A stretch of DNA of 17,404 nt. It comes from Candidatus Babeliales bacterium (GTDB lineage Bacteria; Babelota; Babeliae; Babelales; Vermiphilaceae). The translations under genes and the position numbers were made by a program. The first letter of the stretch is position 1. Each line of letters opens with the position of its first letter. The notes under the pieces are model-generated. The model was not told the DNA's origin, searched no databases, and saw only the letters and a program-made list of their open reading frames with translations. The stretch lies in the NCBI GenBank assembly GCA_044451405.1, contig JBIOKB010000020.1, positions 1-17,404 on the forward strand. Direction: 5' to 3'. Positions 15,700 through 17,404 of the stretch are shown here, in pieces.

Positions 15700-16194
15700 A
15701 TGCGTTATGTGGCATGTTGCATTCTTATTATCACTCCCTTTTTAGCATTCGCTGCCGCTGAACGCAAAAAACTCGATATCTTACCATCTCTTTATTCAAT
15801 CACCGTATCGATGGACCCTAAAGGCATAATAACCTTCTATCAATTACATGATGATCACAAAAAACAATTTCATCATCTTTATAAAAAACTCAAAGCGCGG
15901 GATTTATTAATTCGGACTACTTTTACTATTCAGCCAGATACCGCAAAACCCAATGTGCTATTCCCTATATATTTGCCTGCAGATTTATTTAAAGATTTAA
16001 AACAAAAGAATGGTGATTCTGTTAGATTCAAACTCAACAATCAGAAAATTAAAGCGCAATTACACCAACGTCCTTCAGATCTATTATTCGAAGATGTATT
16101 TACTGAGAGTACACACAAAGCATACGGACAGCTTATAGTCGCCGGCGATGGATGCTGTGATGATTGCTGTGGCTGTTGTTGTATTCCATTATAG
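15700..16194 (+). CDS. Hypothetical secreted protein with a C-terminal poly-Cys/CaaX-like tail
   Basis: GAGGAG SD. Signal peptide MRYVACCILIITPFLAFA. Ends GCCDDCCGCCCIPL. Confidence 0.75.
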   Translation: MRYVACCILIITPFLAFAAAERKKLDILPSLYSITVSMDPKGIITFYQLHDDHKKQFHHLYKKLKARDLLIRTTFTIQPDTAKPNVLFPIYLPADLFKDLKQKNGDSVRFKLNNQKIKAQLHQRPSDLLFEDVFTESTHKAYGQLIVAGDGCCDDCCGCCCIPL

Positions 16195-16218
16195 TATAAC
16201 CCATTACAAAGGATACCC

Positions 16219-16686
16219 ATGATTCACTTTATTATCTCACTCGCAATCTCTACATCACTAGTGGCTTCTGATCTTGAAACACTCAGACCGTTTGTTCCAT
16301 TTCCTGAACTACCAGATCCATTACCCATGATTATCTGTAACCAACCATTAGTACTATTTAGTAATCTTGAAAAGCATGTCCAAGATGCAACGCACAATTA
16401 TTTTGGAAAACCAGAAGATTCAGCGCTATGTGCTCGCTTCATGCCGAAAGAACTCGGTGACAAGCAGAAAGAGCATCAATATTGTGAGTATGTTCCTGTG
16501 ACCATGCTGCATAATAAACAAACTATCATTACAATGCTGTATAAACAGCTTACATTCGTACCTGATAGCGATGGTGAGAAGCCACAGGAACGCATTGAAC
16601 GGTTGTGCAAGGCGTATGAACAATCCAAGAAGAAAGCAGAAGTCGAAAAAGAAACACAATCTGCTTCTACACAAACAGAATCATAA
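16219..16686 (+). CDS. Hypothetical secreted protein
   Basis: AAGGA SD. Signal peptide MIHFIISLAISTSLVA. 3' end overlaps the sodA 3' end by 6 nt. Confidence 0.7.
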   Translation: MIHFIISLAISTSLVASDLETLRPFVPFPELPDPLPMIICNQPLVLFSNLEKHVQDATHNYFGKPEDSALCARFMPKELGDKQKEHQYCEYVPVTMLHNKQTIITMLYKQLTFVPDSDGEKPQERIERLCKAYEQSKKKAEVEKETQSASTQTES

Positions 16687-17295
16687 AATCGCGTTGCGAT
16701 AGTTTTCTTCTATCTGATCCCAATCAATCACATGCCACCAGGCATTAATATAATCCGGCCGCTTGTTATGATACTTAACGTAATAGGCATGCTCCCACAC
16801 ATCAAGCCCTAGCACGGGAATTAATCCTTTGCTTATCGGGCTATCTTGATTAGCCGTTGGCATGATGGCCAACTTGCCTTGTTGATCAACCACCAACCAT
16901 GCCCAGCCACTGCCAAAAACTGTTTTTGCCGTTGCATTAAATTGGTCTTGAAAGAGCTTAAAATCCTTAAATTGTTTTTTGATCTCTGTTGCTAAAGAAC
17001 CGACCGGTTCACCTCCACCATTTTTGGTCATCATGAGCCAAAACAGAGAATGGTTATAATGTCCGCCGCCATTATTGCGCACGGCGGTTTTAATATCTGC
17101 AGGTAACGTATCCAGTTCTTTGAGAAGAGTAATTACCGGTTTTTGAGCAAGCTCAGGATACTTTTCCAACGCTTTATTTAAATTAGCCACGTATGCAGCA
17201 TGGTGCCCATCATGATGCAATTCCATGGTAAGCGTATCAATGTAGGGTTCCAGCGCATCAAATGCATAGGGTAACGGGGGTAACGTGTATGCCAT
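16681..17295 (-). CDS. sodA: Superoxide dismutase, Mn-type signature
   Basis: LPPLPYAFDALEP, TMELHH..HH, NNGGGHYNH, FGSGWAWL, NQD, DVWEHAYY. The GGG and NQD residues favour Mn over Fe. GAGGAG SD. Confidence 0.93.
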   Translation of the reverse strand: MAYTLPPLPYAFDALEPYIDTLTMELHHDGHHAAYVANLNKALEKYPELAQKPVITLLKELDTLPADIKTAVRNNGGGHYNHSLFWLMMTKNGGGEPVGSLATEIKKQFKDFKLFQDQFNATAKTVFGSGWAWLVVDQQGKLAIMPTANQDSPISKGLIPVLGLDVWEHAYYVKYHNKRPDYINAWWHVIDWDQIEENYRNAIL

Positions 17296-17298
17296 TGC

Positions 17299-17403
17299 TT
17301 AACTCCTCAAATAATATATCTGTTCACCAGGGCGTGCCATTTGTAATTGTTCCCGCGCTAACTTTTCTTTATAAAACGGATGGTGCTGCCATGCATGAAG
17401 TTC
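17299..17403 (-). CDS. ftsB: Septum formation initiator FtsB/DivIC family, C-terminal part (cut by the window end; absent from the ORF track)
   Basis: Manual translation ...ELHAWQHHPFYKEKLAREQLQMARPGEQIYYLRS* matches the E(K/R)xARExLxMxxPGExxY signature. Confidence 0.8.
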   Translation of the reverse strand, partial: ELHAWQHHPFYKEKLAREQLQMARPGEQIYYLRS

Positions 17404-17404
17404 A

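Overview
Bacterial chromosomal segment of mostly core genes from a probable intracellular parasite of protists. The tandem Npt/TLC nucleotide translocases, a signal-peptide ankyrin protein and several secreted orphans fit Ca. Dependentiae/Babelota (TM6) best; this is an inference, not a database match. Gene order: ankyrin protein (+); der, dnaX, SRP RNA (ffs), tRNA-Ser(GGA), rpsB and two nucleotide translocases (all -); lon and two tiny oppositely charged lipoproteins (+); recJ, lysS and an orphan (-); two secreted orphans (+); sodA and the 3' end of ftsB/divIC (-). The strongest unexplained signal is a family of short palindromic elements with a conserved, covarying 3x3 internal loop. They cluster around tRNA-Ser/ffs, and two have been absorbed into the rpsB coding sequence (one in frame, one supplying the stop codon). 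Other signals: a 23-bp promoter/TSS duplication bracketing an orphan gene upstream of lysS, a secreted protein ending in a poly-Cys/CaaX-like tail, and an rpsB leader resembling the S2 autoregulatory RNA. No transposase, integrase or CRISPR array was seen.
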